Assembly (NCBI GenBank): GCA_964252035.1
Contig: OZ176201.1
From: Podarcis erhardii
Taxonomy: Eukaryota
Reading direction: 5' to 3' (one strand)
DNA: 64,000 bases
The notes under the pieces were generated by a model. That model saw only the letters and a list, made by a program, of their open reading frames with translations. It did no database searches and had not been told where the DNA came from. Both the position numbers and the translations under genes were made by a program. Positions 62,147-64,000 of this stretch are shown piece after piece (positions within the stretch are counted from its first letter, which is position 1; each line of letters begins with the position of its first letter).

Positions 62147-62481
62147 AAGCTAAAGGGTAAAAGGATCCCTGACCATTAGGTCCAGTCATGACTGACTCTT
62201 GGGTTGCAGTGCTCATCTCGTTTTATTGGCCGAGGGAGCCGGCTTTCAGCTTCCAGGTCATTTCTGGCAAACCAGAGCAGCGCATGGAAACACCGTTTAC
62301 CTTCCCACTGGAGTGGGACCTATTTATCTACTTGCACTTTGACATGCTTTCGAATTGCTAGGCTGGCAGGAGCAGGGACCGAGCAACGGGAGCTCACCCC
62401 GTCACGGGGATTCAAACCACCAACCTTCTGATCAGCAAGTCCTAGGCTCTGTGGTTTAACCCACAGTGCCACCCGTGTCCC
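62147..62481 (-). mobile_element. Sauria SINE with 13-bp TSD, short internal deletion and CpG decay
   Basis: TSD ACTGACTTATATA at 62134-62146 and 62482-62494. Confidence 0.92.
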
Positions 62482-63710
62482 ACTGACTTATATAGAACAA
62501 GGTAAATAGACTGCAATCCTATACCATACTGAACTCAATGAGACTCACTTCTGAGTAGTCATGTATAGGATTGTACCATAAATTACCCCCATTATCAGGG
62601 GGAATTAATCTCCATCAGCATTTTGGTAAATCAAACAGGATTATAAAAAAATTACTATTGCTGTGATATGAATTCCAACTCAAATCCCATCCCTCAAAGA
62701 ACATTTTCACATAGTACTATAACTATGCTCTAAATAATTCTGTATAGTAAAAAATATAATACAGACCATATGATGTGTTGGATCCAGACCTGTGGTTCTG
62801 CAAACACAAGGATTCTCCCATTTGCAAAAGCAAGGCAGATCGATCAGAGGTTTCTGCTCCACAAACTGGATGTTCTTACAGGCAGAAGGCAATTTTCACC
62901 TAATCTCCCTCTCACTTGCAGACCACCTGCCATGCTGTTCCAAAGGGACTTCTAACTCACCAGAGGAGATTTTCAGGGGTACTGCATCTGGAGAAATCTG
63001 CAAACATTGTTTCTCTCATTCCCACCTCATTTCCAGTCACTGAACTCCTCTCCATGGACACACCCCTATCTAACGTGTTAGATCCACGTTACCAATCAGA
63101 TTCGATATATAATTCAAAACTGTTAACAATCAGATTTGGTATAATGCAAGACAAAGGATCTCTATAAACCAACAATTTCATCAGTATTTTTATCAGACAT
63201 GTTATTGGCCCTCAGAGGGGTATACATGCAGTTTTAGAGATGCTAAAACTTTTGTAAGATTTTTGAATAGTGCAACAGACTGTTCTTCATGTGGCCTCTT
63301 AGGAGTAAAAGGGCTGGGCTATGCAAATAGCAACTGGCTCATTTTCAAGTGGCACTAGCTGAATTATCTCAAACCAAATAGCTACACTGAAATCTTCAAA
63401 ACAGTTGGGGGGTACACACATGTAGAAAATGCTTCCTGTCACAGGTATCAGACCTTCAAGTAGAATGAGTGTGTATGTTGTGAGTGCAGCTTAACAAAGT
63501 ACCATCTGCTAGAATCAATAGTTCAGAGGGGCAAAACAAAGTATTGGAAAATCAGTTCACCCAAAAGCTGACAATCACACATTAATCAGCTATGCTATTC
63601 CTCCTCTAACCCTACTTCTGTCACCTACCTCAAACCTTCTACTATTTACCAAACTAACATTTTGGTCTGGTGGGTAGCTGGCCATTAAGTGAACATGTCA
63701 AGACACAGCG

Positions 63711-63845
63711 AGGGAAATGCCATAGTCTAGTGGTAGAGCATCTGCTTTGTGTGCAGAAAATTCAAGCCTCAGCATCTTCAGGTAGGGCAGGAGAAGACCC
63801 CTGTCTGAAGCACTGGAAAGCCACTTACAGTGACTTACAGTGTAA
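63711..63845 (+). mobile_element. Squam3-like SINE, degenerate and partial
   Basis: GCCATAGTCTAGTGGTAGAGCATCTGCTTTG head. Confidence 0.65.
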
Positions 63846-64000
63846 ACCATGAGTTTACACCAAAACCAAAACTGGGTTTTAAAAGCAGATCAGATCCTTA
63901 ATTTTGCCACACATACCCCCATGGTCCAACCTTGACAGGTGAGCAAGAACAACCACCAATTACATGATGTCGTAATTATGGCTAGTAATTGACACCTGTC

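Noticed and set aside
59540-64000. FAM13B promoter or exon 1
   Set aside because: No CpG island or plausible first exon seen; likely beyond the right edge.

Overview
Vertebrate genomic DNA with introns, most likely from a lacertid lizard, judged from Sauria/Squam-type SINEs and squamate L2/CR1 and mariner/hAT MITE families. Two convergent genes fill the window. On the + strand is the 3' two-thirds of PKD2L2 (TRPP5 polycystin channel): 9-10 coding exons from 2498 to the stop at 17198, with the 5' exons lying left of the window. On the - strand is the complete FAM13B CDS: 22 coding exons, ATG 58748 to TAA 22303, 2808 nt = 935 aa with all intron phases consistent, plus a 5'UTR exon (about 59372-59538) and a roughly 2.2 kb 3'UTR. 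FAM13B exon 1 and its promoter are not seen in the window. The most notable observations are a uORF cluster in the FAM13B leader (15-aa uORF immediately followed by a second ATG), a frame-coupled alternative donor plus 55-nt exon in the PKD2L2 C-tail, a palindromic two-strand poly(A) signal between the genes, a hairpin over the 5' splice site of a 66-nt FAM13B exon, a Rex1/Babar LINE tail and a hAT MITE nested in a SINE. There is no CRISPR array, rRNA or true tRNA. All homology calls are from recalled family sequences, not database searches.
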